A model generated the notes under the pieces. The model did not search any database. It worked only from the letters and a program-made list of their open reading frames with translations, and was not told the DNA's origin. From assembly GCA_039985375.1 (NCBI GenBank), contig JBDWSS010000055.1, forward strand, positions 15,286-79,285: DNA of 64,000 nt, written 5' to 3'. Both the position numbers and the translations under genes were made by a program. Origin of the DNA: Flavobacteriaceae bacterium (GTDB taxonomy: Bacteria; Bacteroidota; Bacteroidia; Flavobacteriales; Flavobacteriaceae). Shown here piece after piece: positions 40,364-50,502 of this stretch (its first letter is position 1; every line of letters starts with the position of its first letter).

Positions 40364-41632
40364 TTATGGATTGAACCTTTTATTTGCCTCCTTCTCTAAA
40401 TATTCCCTATGATTGGGATGCGCAATGGATATCAATGCACGAGCGCGCTGTTTTAGGTTTTTTCCATATAGATTAACCACTCCATATTCAGTGGCAATAT
40501 AATGTACATGTGCTCTTGTAGTTGTCACGCCAGCTCCTTCCTTTAAAAACGGTACTATTTTAGAAACGCCTTTATTGGTCTCCGAAGACATGGCAAAAAT
40601 TGGTTTACCTCCTTTAGAAAGTGAAGCTCCCCTTATAAAATCCATTTGACCTCCCACTCCAGAAAACTGGCGACTACCAATGGTATCTGCACAAACCTGA
40701 CCTGTTAAATCAATTTCTATGGCGCTGTTAATTGCGGTAACTTTTGGGTTTCTTCGAATGCGCGCCGTATCATTGGTATACGCGGCTTCCCTAAAATCGC
40801 ACACTGGGTTATCATCAATAAAATCATATAATTTTCTTGAGCCTACAGCAAAGCAACTCACAATCTTTCCTTGTTTTACCGCTTTTTCTTCTCCGGTAAT
40901 AATCCCTTTTTCAATGAGGGGCAATACTCCATCGGAGAACATCTCCGTGTGAATTCCCAACCTTTTGTGATTGCCCAAATTGGACAGTACTGCATTGGGA
41001 ATGTTTCCAATACCCATTTGCAGTGTAGCACCATCATCGATCAAAGAAGCAACATGATTTCCTATTTGGTGATCTATCCTAGAAATTTCCATGGGTTCGT
41101 GTTCATGTATGGGTCTGTTTACTTCAATGGCAAAATCGATCTGGTTAATATGGATGATACCATCTCCATGGGTACGAGGTACTTGGGGGTTGATCTGTGC
41201 TACTACTTTTTTCGCAATTTCAATGGCGGGCAAGGCCACATCCACAGATACTCCTAAAGAACAATACCCGTGTTTATCTGGCGGAGATACTTGTATAAAT
41301 GCCACATCCAAGGGCAAAATATTTCTTCGGAACAACAAGCAAATCTCACTTAAGAAAATGGGTACATAATCCCCCTTATAACCATTCACAAACTTCCTCA
41401 CGTTCCCTCCCACAAAAAGACTGTTCATTGTAAAACTTTCGTTGTACGGTGCTTGGGTATACTTGGCCTCTCCTTCTGTATGGATGGATACAATCTCAAC
41501 ATCCTTAACCTCTTTATATCTGTTGCAAAGTGCATTGATGAGTTCATTTGGCGTCATGGCCGCTCCCTGAAAAAAAACACGATTCCCGGTTTTAATTACC
41601 TCTACTGCCTTTTCTGGTGATGTAATAAGCAT
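40364..41632 (-). CDS. acetyl-CoA hydrolase/transferase-family protein (4-hydroxybutyrate/acyl CoA-transferase-like)
   Basis: 422-aa ORF with the family pattern including GIGNIP and the GGQMDF-containing segment SGVGGQMDFIRGA. It is the last gene of the cco-strand gene string. Confidence 0.85.
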   Translation of the reverse strand: MLITSPEKAVEVIKTGNRVFFQGAAMTPNELINALCNRYKEVKDVEIVSIHTEGEAKYTQAPYNESFTMNSLFVGGNVRKFVNGYKGDYVPIFLSEICLLFRRNILPLDVAFIQVSPPDKHGYCSLGVSVDVALPAIEIAKKVVAQINPQVPRTHGDGIIHINQIDFAIEVNRPIHEHEPMEISRIDHQIGNHVASLIDDGATLQMGIGNIPNAVLSNLGNHKRLGIHTEMFSDGVLPLIEKGIITGEEKAVKQGKIVSCFAVGSRKLYDFIDDNPVCDFREAAYTNDTARIRRNPKVTAINSAIEIDLTGQVCADTIGSRQFSGVGGQMDFIRGASLSKGGKPIFAMSSETNKGVSKIVPFLKEGAGVTTTRAHVHYIATEYGVVNLYGKNLKQRARALISIAHPNHREYLEKEANKRFNP

Positions 41633-41642
41633 TTTTATGTTT

Positions 41643-42356
41643 TTATGGTTGATGACATTCTATAGTTGCTGTGGCCAAACCCGTTTCAACTGGTTTTGGC
41701 GACACATAAGGAATTCCGAGTCCCAAACCCCTAATGATGAACAAAACCCCAATGAGTATAACAAATACGGGGATAACTTTTTTTAGGTTTTGCCTTAAAG
41801 CACCTTTTAACAATCCTCGTGAGAAAACAACAAAGGTCATTAATGGTATGGTTCCCAGTCCAAATAAAATCATATAAGTGCCAGCTTGAAAACCATCTGC
41901 CAGACCTATAGCTCCCAAAAGTGCCATATAAACCAATCCGCAGGGTAAAAATCCGTTTAAAAACCCAATGGTCAGGAAAACGTCTGGGGTCTTTTTTTTG
42001 AGTTCTGCGCCAAGTTTTGACTTTAGTTTCCCCAATACGGTATAAATTGGCCTAGAGAGTCTGCCACTCAAAAGGTTTTTGCTGGGAATGAATACTAGAG
42101 CAATCATAACTACCCCAATCACAATGGATAATTTCTGCTGAATACCAAATAGCGATAATCCTTTTCCCATGAAACCAAAGAGCAATCCAATGATTCCGTA
42201 TGCCAGGAGCCTTCCAAAATGATAGATAAATAGTTGTGTTGTTTTCTTTGTTGTACTATTTTGATCTAAAGGCAACATAAAAGCAATTGGCCCGCACATT
42301 CCCAAGCAGTGCAAGCTTCCCAAAAATCCTAATATGGTTGCCGATAGAAATACCAT
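41643..42356 (-). CDS. DsbD_2/TauE-like membrane protein associated with cbb3 maturation
   Basis: 237-aa ORF with about 6 TM segments and N-terminal LHCLGMCGPI. Its start overlaps the fixH stop codon by 1 nt. Confidence 0.7.
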   Translation of the reverse strand: MVFLSATILGFLGSLHCLGMCGPIAFMLPLDQNSTTKKTTQLFIYHFGRLLAYGIIGLLFGFMGKGLSLFGIQQKLSIVIGVVMIALVFIPSKNLLSGRLSRPIYTVLGKLKSKLGAELKKKTPDVFLTIGFLNGFLPCGLVYMALLGAIGLADGFQAGTYMILFGLGTIPLMTFVVFSRGLLKGALRQNLKKVIPVFVILIGVLFIIRGLGLGIPYVSPKPVETGLATATIECHQP

Positions 42357-42802
42357 TAATACAAGAGTTTTTCTTTGTGTAAAAAGGTTTTGTCTTTATA
42401 GCTCCATTTGATGGAAATGTCCCAACGACCGTCCACCAAGCTATTGTCAGGTATGAGCAAATGTGCATTGGACAAACTTATAGGAAAGTTAAAATCCAAG
42501 TGCTTGTTAGACGGTCTGTAAAAGGACACTATACCACTAATATGTTCTGGATTGAATTGTTCTGGGAAATGCACCGAAATGCCTTTTTTAGATTTCACCA
42601 ACTTTAGATTTGCATTCATGGCCAAGGCAGTTTCCGCCGCATCAATTTCATTCTGGTAGGCCAATTCTTGCTTGTAGTACTCCTCGGTAACTAAATCGTG
42701 ATTGGCACTGTTATCAGTACTCATCCTTACCACAAAGTATAATATGAAACTGATGAATGCTATAAAAGCCAGTACTATACTTGTCCCCCAATTTATTTTC
42801 AT
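42356..42802 (-). CDS. FixH-family protein
   Basis: 148-aa ORF with a single N-terminal TM plus a periplasmic beta-domain. Sits in the classical position after ccoG. Confidence 0.75.
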   Translation of the reverse strand: MKINWGTSIVLAFIAFISFILYFVVRMSTDNSANHDLVTEEYYKQELAYQNEIDAAETALAMNANLKLVKSKKGISVHFPEQFNPEHISGIVSFYRPSNKHLDFNFPISLSNAHLLIPDNSLVDGRWDISIKWSYKDKTFLHKEKLLY

Positions 42803-42813
42803 AACGCTATTTT

Positions 42814-44223
42814 TTAATGATAACTTCTTGGTGCCAAAAATTGTGTTGTTGTTGTTTCAATACGTTTATTGCCGCTATAAACTCCAATTTTCAACTTATC
42901 CTTATCCCCTGTCAGAGCGGAACTGTTGATCTCTATAAACAATGTTCCTTCGGCAATTTCCTCTGCAGGAACTTTAAATCTATCCTGAGATACCATTTTA
43001 ATCTCTCCTTTATGAGACAACAATTTAAAGCCAACACTGTCTATATCTTTGGATGTTTTGTTCACTAATTTATAGGTGTATACATTGCTAATGTTGTTAT
43101 TGGCTTTTCTTTCGTATAACTGCCCGGGCAACCTTAAGATGTTTGCTTCCAATTCGTTTCTAAGAAAAAGCATGCCTATTAAAATACCGGTAAGCACAAC
43201 AAGCACCGCAGTATAGCCTTTCATTCTAGCGGTAAATTTGAACTTCGCTTTTTTGTTTATCTCATCTTCGCTTGCATAGCGAATCAAACCTTTTGGTTTT
43301 TGAATGCTCTCCATAATATGATCGCATTCATCAATACATGCTGTGCAGTTAACACATTCCAATTGGGTTCCATTTCGGATATCTATTCCAGTAGGGCAAA
43401 CATTTACACACTGAAAACAGTCTATACAATCTCCATGGCCCAAGGTATCCCTGTTTTCGTTCTTTCGGAATTTTTTACGCCCGTTATCCCCTTCTCCCCG
43501 TTTATGATCATAGGCTACCACAATGGATTTGTCATCCAAAAGCACTCCCTGTAATCTTCCATAAGGGCATGCTATGATGCACACTTGTTCACGAAACCAG
43601 GCAAATACAAAATAGAACACACCAGTAAAAATGAGCAATGGAATCATGGTTCCCATATGGGCCATTGGGCCATCAACAACATACCTGATCAGTTTATCAC
43701 TTCCAATAAGATAAGCCAAGAAAACATTAGCTATTAAAAATGAGATAATAAAAAAGATGGCCCATTTTAATACCCTTTTTCGAATTTTCATGCCATTCCA
43801 AGGGGATTTATCCAGGCGTTTTTGAGCTCCACGATCTCCATCTATCCAATACTCAATTCTTCGAAAAACCATTTCCAGGAAAATGGTCTGTGGACACATC
43901 CATCCACAGAAAATACGCCCATAGGCCACTGTAAAAAGGGCAACAAAAATAACTCCTGCAATCATGGAGACAACAACCAAATGAAAATCTTGGGGCCAAA
44001 AAGGAAAGCCAAAAATATTGAACCTTCTTTCCATTACATTGAACAGTAAAAACTGATTGCCGTTTATCCTGATAAAAGGCGATGCAATCAAGAAAAGCAA
44101 GAGTCCATAACTAACGTATTTGCGGTACTCAAAAAATAGCCCTTTAGGTTTTTTAGGATAAATCCATGCCCTTTTGCCCTCTTCGGATATCGTCCCTATG
44201 GAATCCCTAAAATTCTCTTCCAT
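42814..44223 (-). CDS. ccoG: cytochrome c oxidase accessory protein CcoG (4Fe-4S ferredoxin-type)
   Basis: 469-aa ORF with TM segments plus two ferredoxin motifs, CIDCFQCVNVCP and CVNCTACIDEC. Confidence 0.9.
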   Translation of the reverse strand: MEENFRDSIGTISEEGKRAWIYPKKPKGLFFEYRKYVSYGLLLFLIASPFIRINGNQFLLFNVMERRFNIFGFPFWPQDFHLVVVSMIAGVIFVALFTVAYGRIFCGWMCPQTIFLEMVFRRIEYWIDGDRGAQKRLDKSPWNGMKIRKRVLKWAIFFIISFLIANVFLAYLIGSDKLIRYVVDGPMAHMGTMIPLLIFTGVFYFVFAWFREQVCIIACPYGRLQGVLLDDKSIVVAYDHKRGEGDNGRKKFRKNENRDTLGHGDCIDCFQCVNVCPTGIDIRNGTQLECVNCTACIDECDHIMESIQKPKGLIRYASEDEINKKAKFKFTARMKGYTAVLVVLTGILIGMLFLRNELEANILRLPGQLYERKANNNISNVYTYKLVNKTSKDIDSVGFKLLSHKGEIKMVSQDRFKVPAEEIAEGTLFIEINSSALTGDKDKLKIGVYSGNKRIETTTTQFLAPRSYH

Positions 44224-44297
44224 TGCAATTCGTTATTAACCCTTTTTACTTCACCTTTTCTTAAGACCAAACCTAGGAAGGCCGCTAGAAAACTATA

Positions 44298-45251
44298 TTA
44301 GTTCATGGCGACATCCGTGGAGTCGGAAACCTGTTCCATGGGAGCTTCTTCCATTGTTTCTTCAGATTCAGGTGCATCTGAATCAATCCAAATTTCACCC
44401 TCCGATGCTTTTGGTTCAGCAGGTGTTGTTCCTCTCAATGTTAATATATAACTGGCCACTTGTGCCATTTCAACAGGTTTTAAACTTTGTTTCCACGCAA
44501 TCATACCTTTACCATCCCGACCTCCTTCAGAAATGGTATTAAATACATTTTTGATACCTCCGCCCAAAATCCAATATTCATCGGTTAGGTTAGGACCAAT
44601 TCCTCCCCCTCCATCAGCCATATGACATGCAATACAATTTGTAGTGAATATTTTTTCTCCTGCACTTAAATCTGCCGCTTCGGATAAAAACTCTACGGTA
44701 TTCACATCTACTAAATCCTTGGCGGTTTTCTTATATTCTTCGATAGCGATTTTAGCTGCGGCCACTTCTTGCTCGTATTCCAATTCTTGGTCATAATCAT
44801 CAGCAACATGAAAACGTATGAGATAGACTACTCCAAAAACGATAGTGGCATAAAAGAGATATACCCACCAAGGCGGCAACACATTGTCCAACTCCCTAAT
44901 ACCATCATAATTATGATCCAGGATTATTTCGCCTTCTTTTTCAATTTCCTTGGTTTTAGTAAGGCGTTTATACATATTCTTGGCCCATGTCCATTGTCTT
45001 TTCTTGGCCTTGGATTCCAGGTAACGTTCTTTGGCTTCTGGCGATAGTGTTTGGAACATGATATTTTCAATGGAACTTAAAATAAGTTCAATGGCAATCA
45101 ATATCAACAGTACCAGTAATAGAAAAAACTGCGTAATGGGATATTCGATAATGGCTGGTTTATCGCCAGAATCTATAAAGTATTCCATCAATCCGAAGAT
45201 GATAAAGAATAGTAGTGGAATTCGTATCCACCAAGGTGTTCTTGTGCTCAT
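44298..45251 (-). CDS. ccoP: cbb3-type cytochrome c oxidase subunit CcoP-like (single haem c motif)
   Basis: 317-aa ORF with N-terminal TMs, the DGIRELDNVLPPWW motif and one CxxCH (CIACH). Confidence 0.85.
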   Translation of the reverse strand: MSTRTPWWIRIPLLFFIIFGLMEYFIDSGDKPAIIEYPITQFFLLLVLLILIAIELILSSIENIMFQTLSPEAKERYLESKAKKRQWTWAKNMYKRLTKTKEIEKEGEIILDHNYDGIRELDNVLPPWWVYLFYATIVFGVVYLIRFHVADDYDQELEYEQEVAAAKIAIEEYKKTAKDLVDVNTVEFLSEAADLSAGEKIFTTNCIACHMADGGGGIGPNLTDEYWILGGGIKNVFNTISEGGRDGKGMIAWKQSLKPVEMAQVASYILTLRGTTPAEPKASEGEIWIDSDAPESEETMEEAPMEQVSDSTDVAMN

Positions 45252-45255
45252 AATA

Positions 45256-45441
45256 CTATAGTTTGTTTTGTTGATCGTTTTCCAAGGGCAGTTCTCCCAT
45301 CTCTTTTATATGTGCTTTTGTAGCTGTAAACACCCACCAAAACAACAGAACAAAAAACACGAAGAATATTAATAAGGATATCATGGGATAACTTGCAATC
45401 CCTTCTATACTTTCCATATGGTTTTTTACAAATTTCAACAT
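45256..45441 (-). CDS. ccoQ: CcoQ/FixQ-like small membrane subunit
   Basis: 61-aa single-TM ORF between ccoNO and ccoP. Confidence 0.6.
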   Translation of the reverse strand: MLKFVKNHMESIEGIASYPMISLLIFFVFFVLLFWWVFTATKAHIKEMGELPLENDQQNKL

Positions 45442-45547
45442 CGCTTTTCTAGATTTAAGATGTTAGAAATAAGGTGTCCGACAAGGGTTATTCTATATTT
45501 CACTCCTACTCCTTGCCTTACTTCTCATCGCTGCCATCTGGTTTCTT

Positions 45548-47728
45548 TTATTCTGTTTCTTTTACCCTAATATCTGTTCCTAATCGCTGTAGGTAGGCGA
45601 TCAATGAAACAATTTCCCGATTACGCATTTCAATAAATTCTTCTCCATTTTCTCTCGCATATTTTTTATCGGCTTCATAAGTTCTTTCGAATTCTGGATC
45701 CGTGTATAGGTTCTTTTCAATTTGAGTTGCTTGTTCTATCATAGACTGCTGAGCATTGGCTATATCCTCATCAGTATAAGGGACACCTAGTTTAACCATA
45801 GCTTCCATTTTATTTTGAACGGCACTTCTGTCATGTTCATTAATCACCAACCACTGATAAGCAGGCATAATGGATCCTGATGATGTACTTTGCGGATCAT
45901 ACATGTGATTTAAGTGCCAGTTGTCCGAGTACTTGCCTCCTATTCTATGTAAATCAGGGCCCGTTCGCTTACTTCCCCATAAAAATGGATGGTCGTAAAC
46001 AAATTCTCCGGCTTTTGAATACTCTCCATACCGTTCCACTTCACTTCTAAAGGGTCTGATCATTTGAGAGTGACAACCTACACAACCTTCTCGGATGTAT
46101 AAATCCCGTCCTTCCAACTCTAAAGGTGTATATGGTTTTACACTGGTAATGGTGGGAATATTGGATTTTACCAAAATTGTTGGCACAATCTGAATAATTC
46201 CTCCTATTAAAATGGCAACCGTGGCCAAAATGGTCAACTGTACCGGTTTTCTTTCCAACCAGCTATGAAAGGTTTCCCCAGCAGTTCTTCTTTTAGAAAC
46301 CCTTGTCAAGGCAGGTGCTTCTGCTTTTTCATCTTCTACAGAGCTTCCTTTTCTAATAGTGATAATTACATTGTAGACCATAATCAACATACCCACAAGG
46401 AACATGGTGCCTCCTATGGCACGCATCCAATACATTGGTATGATTTGGGTTACGGTTTCCAAGAAGTTTCCATAGACCAATGATCCATCTGGATTAAATT
46501 CTTTCCACATAAGGGCTTGGGTAAATCCGGCAACATACATAGGCAGTGCATATAGGATAATCCCCAAGGTGCCTATCCAAAAATGTAAGTTTGCCAATCC
46601 TTTTGAGTGGAGCGTTGTCTTGAACATTTTAGGAACCAACCAATAGATCATACCAAATGTCAAGAATCCATTCCATGCCAATGCTCCCACATGAACGTGG
46701 GCAATAATCCAATCGCTAAAGTGGGCAATGGCATTCACATTCTTTAGTGATAGCATTGGACCTTCAAAAGTGGCCATACCATAACCTGTAATCGCAACAA
46801 CCATAAATTTCAAAGTGGCATCACTTCGCACTTTATCCCAAACTCCTCTAAGGGTCAGTAGTCCATTGATCATACCTCCCCAGGAAGGGGCAATCAGCAT
46901 AATAGAAAAAACAACCCCTAGATTCTGGGCCCAATCCGGTAAAGAGGAATACAATAAATGGTGTGGTCCCGCCCAGATATAGATGAATATCAACGACCAA
47001 AAATGGACGATGGAAAGCCGATAGGAATATATTGGTCTATTGGCTGCTTTGGGCACAAAATAGTACATCAATCCTAAAAATGGGGTAGTCAAAAAGAAGG
47101 CTACGGCATTATGGCCATACCACCATTGCACCAAGGCATCTTGCACACCTGCATACACCGAATAACTTTTTAAAGCAGCCACAGGTAACTCCAAACTATT
47201 AAAAATATGAAGCACTGCAACGGTTACAAAAGTTGCTAGATAGAACCAAATTGCAACGTAAAGATGGCGTTGTCTTCGCTTTAAAATGGTACCGATTAAA
47301 TTCCAACCAAAAACTACCCAGACTACTGCTATGGCCAAATCTATGGGCCATTCCAATTCTGCATATTCTTTTGAGGTGGTATACCCCAAGGGCAATGTTA
47401 TAGCTGCAGCCACAATGATCAACTGCCATCCCCAAAAATTGAAGTTGCTCAAAAAATCACTGAACATTCTTGCTTTTAGCAATCTTTGGGTGGAATAATA
47501 GACCCCCGCAAAAATGGCATTTCCAACAAAGGCAAAAATAACCGCATTGGTATGCAATGGACGCAGGCGTCCAAAACTTAACCAAGAAATGCCATCGGTG
47601 ATATTGGGAAACAAAAACATAAATGCCAGTAGAAGCCCTACCAGCATCCCAACAACACCCCATAGCATAGTGGCGTATAAAAACTTCTGTACGATTTTAT
47701 TGTCGTAGCTAAATTGTTGTATTTCCAT
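45548..47728 (-). CDS. ccoN: cbb3-type cytochrome c oxidase, fused subunits I and II (CcoN-CcoO)
   Basis: Haem-copper oxidase core with many TM His, plus a C-terminal mono-haem CcoO part (CVGCHSQMIRP). Start placed at MEIQQFSYDN (47728), overlapping the ccoS end by 20 nt. Confidence 0.92.
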   Translation of the reverse strand: MEIQQFSYDNKIVQKFLYATMLWGVVGMLVGLLLAFMFLFPNITDGISWLSFGRLRPLHTNAVIFAFVGNAIFAGVYYSTQRLLKARMFSDFLSNFNFWGWQLIIVAAAITLPLGYTTSKEYAELEWPIDLAIAVVWVVFGWNLIGTILKRRQRHLYVAIWFYLATFVTVAVLHIFNSLELPVAALKSYSVYAGVQDALVQWWYGHNAVAFFLTTPFLGLMYYFVPKAANRPIYSYRLSIVHFWSLIFIYIWAGPHHLLYSSLPDWAQNLGVVFSIMLIAPSWGGMINGLLTLRGVWDKVRSDATLKFMVVAITGYGMATFEGPMLSLKNVNAIAHFSDWIIAHVHVGALAWNGFLTFGMIYWLVPKMFKTTLHSKGLANLHFWIGTLGIILYALPMYVAGFTQALMWKEFNPDGSLVYGNFLETVTQIIPMYWMRAIGGTMFLVGMLIMVYNVIITIRKGSSVEDEKAEAPALTRVSKRRTAGETFHSWLERKPVQLTILATVAILIGGIIQIVPTILVKSNIPTITSVKPYTPLELEGRDLYIREGCVGCHSQMIRPFRSEVERYGEYSKAGEFVYDHPFLWGSKRTGPDLHRIGGKYSDNWHLNHMYDPQSTSSGSIMPAYQWLVINEHDRSAVQNKMEAMVKLGVPYTDEDIANAQQSMIEQATQIEKNLYTDPEFERTYEADKKYARENGEEFIEMRNREIVSLIAYLQRLGTDIRVKETE

Positions 47729-47939
47729 AAGTATTGGTTTGATCTTTATTTTGTTTGATTTCCTTATTTTCAGTTCCACCTTTGTTTAAATCCGATAGTA
47801 TTTCATCTTCAAAAAGCATGCGAACAGAAGGCGTATAAGCATCATCGTATTGTCCTCTTTTTACGGAAAGGACAAAGGCTGCAAAAAAGACCAGCGCAAC
47901 TGTAATGCTTATGGCCAACAACACATATATAACACTCAT
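47709..47939 (-). CDS. ccoS: cbb3 oxidase maturation protein CcoS
   Basis: 76-aa ORF with a single TM followed by KRGQYDD, the CcoS/FixS hallmark. Confidence 0.8.
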   Translation of the reverse strand: MSVIYVLLAISITVALVFFAAFVLSVKRGQYDDAYTPSVRMLFEDEILSDLNKGGTENKEIKQNKDQTNTYGNTTI

Positions 47940-47988
47940 ACCTACCTGAATTCTAGTGTAAAACTACATTGACGTTCTTGTGAAAAAA

Positions 47989-48002
47989 ATGACATATATC
48001 AG
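47989..48002 (-). promoter_or_regulatory. Crp/Fnr-type box upstream of ccoS-ccoNO operon
   Basis: Reads CTGATATATGTCAT in gene orientation. The -7-like TAGTTTTA (47959-47966) starts at the 23rd nt after the box. 49 nt separate the box from the ATG. Confidence 0.7.
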
Positions 48003-48010
48003 TTTTTGAT

Positions 48011-50383
48011 TTATTTTAATCTCCTTCCAGAAAAGTTTGTGCACAAGGTTGTAAAAATCACAATGCTGATTGAGCTCAAAGGCATAAGTATTGCGGCAAC
48101 TACTGGTTCTAATTGACCCGTAACCGCGAAATACAATCCAATAACATTATAGCACAATGACAGAAGGAAACTGAGTTTTATGATTTGAACGGACTTCCTT
48201 GACAACTTCAGAAAAGCAGGAAGTTTGGTCAGGTTTGAAGCATCTAAAATGGCATCACACGCCGGTGAAAAGACGTTGATATCTTCGGAAATGGATATCC
48301 CCACATTGCTTTGGGCCAATGCACCAGCATCGTTAAGTCCGTCACCAACCATAAGTACACTATGATCTTTCTGTAGGTATTTTATATACTCCAATTTGTC
48401 TGTTGGTTTTTGATTGAACAGCAAATTGGTCTTAGCCGGCAGTATTTTTTGCAAGTGTTTTCTTTCCCCATCATTGTCCCCGGAAAGAATCCCAATATTC
48501 ATGGTCTTTCCCAAGGCTACAAAAAGGTCTTCCACCCCATCCCTATATTTATTTTTGAAAACAAACCGTCCTTTATAATCTTCATCAGAACTTACATAAA
48601 CTGCGGTAGTTGAAGCCGTTTGTTTCACGGATTCCCCAACATAGCTGGCGGAACCTGCTTTAATGGTATGCTTGTTCAGTTTTCCTTCCACTCCCCTACC
48701 TGTATGCTCCTGAAATTCATCGAGCGTTACAATATCGTTGGACTTTAATATGTCATATAATGATCGACTCAATGGATGGTTTGATGCCCGTAATGTTGTT
48801 TTCAGTAATGATATTTCTGCTTCGGTAAGTGATATTCCTTCGTACAGGATAGCCTCTTTTACCGTGGAAGTGATAGTCCCCGTTTTATCGAAAATAGTCG
48901 TGTCTATTTTAGACAAACGTTCTATTATATTAGTGTTCTTCAAATAGAATTTATGCTTTCCAAATATGCGAAGCATATTGCCCAAGGTAAATGGTGCTGC
49001 AAGGGCAATTGCACAGGGGCATGCAATGATAAGAACTGCTGTAAAAACATTAAGGGCCATACTTGGCCTATAAAACAACCAAAAAACCGTTGCCAAAGTG
49101 GCTATTCCCAAAACAGCTATCGTGAAGCGTTTTCCAATGCTATCCGTCAAGGTTTGAAAAGCAGTGATCTTATCTTTTGAAAACACCGAATTCCCCCATA
49201 ATTGGGTAAGATAACTTTGTGAAACCGAGCGAACAACCTCAATTTCCAAAACTCCCGAAAGCTGTCTTCCTCCTGCAAAAAGTTTTTCTTCAGAAGCCTT
49301 AAAAACTGCATTGGATTCTCCAGTTACAAAACTGTAATCTATTTCGGCATTGCCCTTGATCAAAATACTGTCTACAGGAATAATTTCCATGCTCCGGATC
49401 AGCAACCTGTCGCCTGTCTTTATTTTATAAATTTGAATATTCTCTTCCTTCCCGTTAACATTCAACCGTGTCACAGCTATTGGAAAGTAGGATTTATAAT
49501 CTCTTTCAAAGGAGAGAAATGAATACGTTTTTTGTTGAAAGAATTTCCCAAGTAAAAGAAAAAAAATCAAGCCTGTCAGGCTATCAAAAAAACCGGATCC
49601 TAAATCAAAAATAATATCTATAGTACTCCTTAAAAACAGGGTCAAAATTCCCAGTGCTATGGGAACATCAATGTTGAGTACTTTAGAGCGCAGTCCCTTA
49701 AAGGCTGAAATGAAATAATCCCTAGCCGCATAAAACACTACGGGCAGCGAAAAAGCAAACATTAACCAACGAAAGACCGGCTTATATTGATTCAACCAAA
49801 ATTCCTCAACCTCAAAATACTCCGGAAAAGAGAACAACATTACATTACCAAAAGCAAAACCCGCAACACCAAGTTTATAAATAAGTGAACGGTCTATCTT
49901 GGTGTTTTTCTTCGTATACTCTTCTAAGGAAATATAAGGTTCATACCCTATGGAGCTCAATAAAAGCACAAGAGCCTTCAAAGAGAAATCTTGTAATTTA
50001 TAAGTTACCCGGATGGTTTTCTTAGGAAAGTCTACCTGCGAAGTAGAAATGGATGAATGCATGCGATTCAGGTTTTCCAATACCCAAATGCAGGAGCTAC
50101 AATGAATGTTTGGAATGCTCAAATTGACAACCTGAACTCCTTCCTCATTAAACTCAACAAGCTTTTCAACAATATCCTGGTTATCTAGAAAATCATATTT
50201 GTGTTGAATTTCGTTGGGCGTTGAACCTGCTCTCGCTTCTATATCATAGAAACTGGACAAGCCATTGGAAGTGAAAATCTCGTAGACCGTTTTACAACCA
50301 TTGCAACAAAATTCCTTTTCATCGAAAAGAACTCGTGTGCGATTGCAATCATCACCACAATGATAACATCTCATGTTTGTCAT
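48011..50383 (-). CDS. ccoI: copper-translocating P1B-type ATPase CcoI/FixI
   Basis: 790-aa ORF with N-terminal Cys-rich metal sites (CYHCGDDC, CCNGC), the transmembrane CPC motif, phosphorylation site DKTGT and GDGLNDA. Confidence 0.9.
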   Translation of the reverse strand: MTNMRCYHCGDDCNRTRVLFDEKEFCCNGCKTVYEIFTSNGLSSFYDIEARAGSTPNEIQHKYDFLDNQDIVEKLVEFNEEGVQVVNLSIPNIHCSSCIWVLENLNRMHSSISTSQVDFPKKTIRVTYKLQDFSLKALVLLLSSIGYEPYISLEEYTKKNTKIDRSLIYKLGVAGFAFGNVMLFSFPEYFEVEEFWLNQYKPVFRWLMFAFSLPVVFYAARDYFISAFKGLRSKVLNIDVPIALGILTLFLRSTIDIIFDLGSGFFDSLTGLIFFLLLGKFFQQKTYSFLSFERDYKSYFPIAVTRLNVNGKEENIQIYKIKTGDRLLIRSMEIIPVDSILIKGNAEIDYSFVTGESNAVFKASEEKLFAGGRQLSGVLEIEVVRSVSQSYLTQLWGNSVFSKDKITAFQTLTDSIGKRFTIAVLGIATLATVFWLFYRPSMALNVFTAVLIIACPCAIALAAPFTLGNMLRIFGKHKFYLKNTNIIERLSKIDTTIFDKTGTITSTVKEAILYEGISLTEAEISLLKTTLRASNHPLSRSLYDILKSNDIVTLDEFQEHTGRGVEGKLNKHTIKAGSASYVGESVKQTASTTAVYVSSDEDYKGRFVFKNKYRDGVEDLFVALGKTMNIGILSGDNDGERKHLQKILPAKTNLLFNQKPTDKLEYIKYLQKDHSVLMVGDGLNDAGALAQSNVGISISEDINVFSPACDAILDASNLTKLPAFLKLSRKSVQIIKLSFLLSLCYNVIGLYFAVTGQLEPVVAAILMPLSSISIVIFTTLCTNFSGRRLK

Positions 50384-50434
50384 TTACATTTGCTTTACCC
50401 AAGACAAAATTGTGACACAATTAAATCTAAAAAC

Positions 50435-50448
50435 ATGACATTTATCAG
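50435..50448. promoter_or_regulatory. shared Crp/Fnr-type box of the divergent ccoI and crp/fnr promoters
   Basis: Reads CTGATAAATGTCAT toward ccoI, with -7-like CAATTTTG at 50405-50412. Toward the regulator gene, TAGTTTTG at 50471-50478 sits at the same offset, starting at the 23rd nt. Confidence 0.7.
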
Positions 50449-50502
50449 TTCTTGTTCAATACTTTAGGGTTAGTTTTGTCTTATCAGGTAAATCAATCAG
50501 TT

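Noticed and set aside
44298-47728. Fused CcoN-CcoO and a CcoP with a single haem c motif, as a possible novelty.
   Set aside because: To my knowledge this arrangement is the usual one in Bacteroidetes cbb3 oxidases, so it is recorded as annotation only.
47729-47779. Longest-ORF start (MELKIRKSNKIKIKPIL) for ccoNO.
   Set aside because: This is a basic, non-conserved-looking extension lying wholly inside ccoS. MEIQQFSYDN at 47728 fits CcoN N-termini better.
50452-50502. Longest-ORF start (MFNTLGLV...) for the Crp/Fnr gene.
   Set aside because: The predicted -7 element (50471-50478) lies downstream of this ATG, so a transcript from that promoter would not include it. The Met at 50503 gives a typical family N-terminus.
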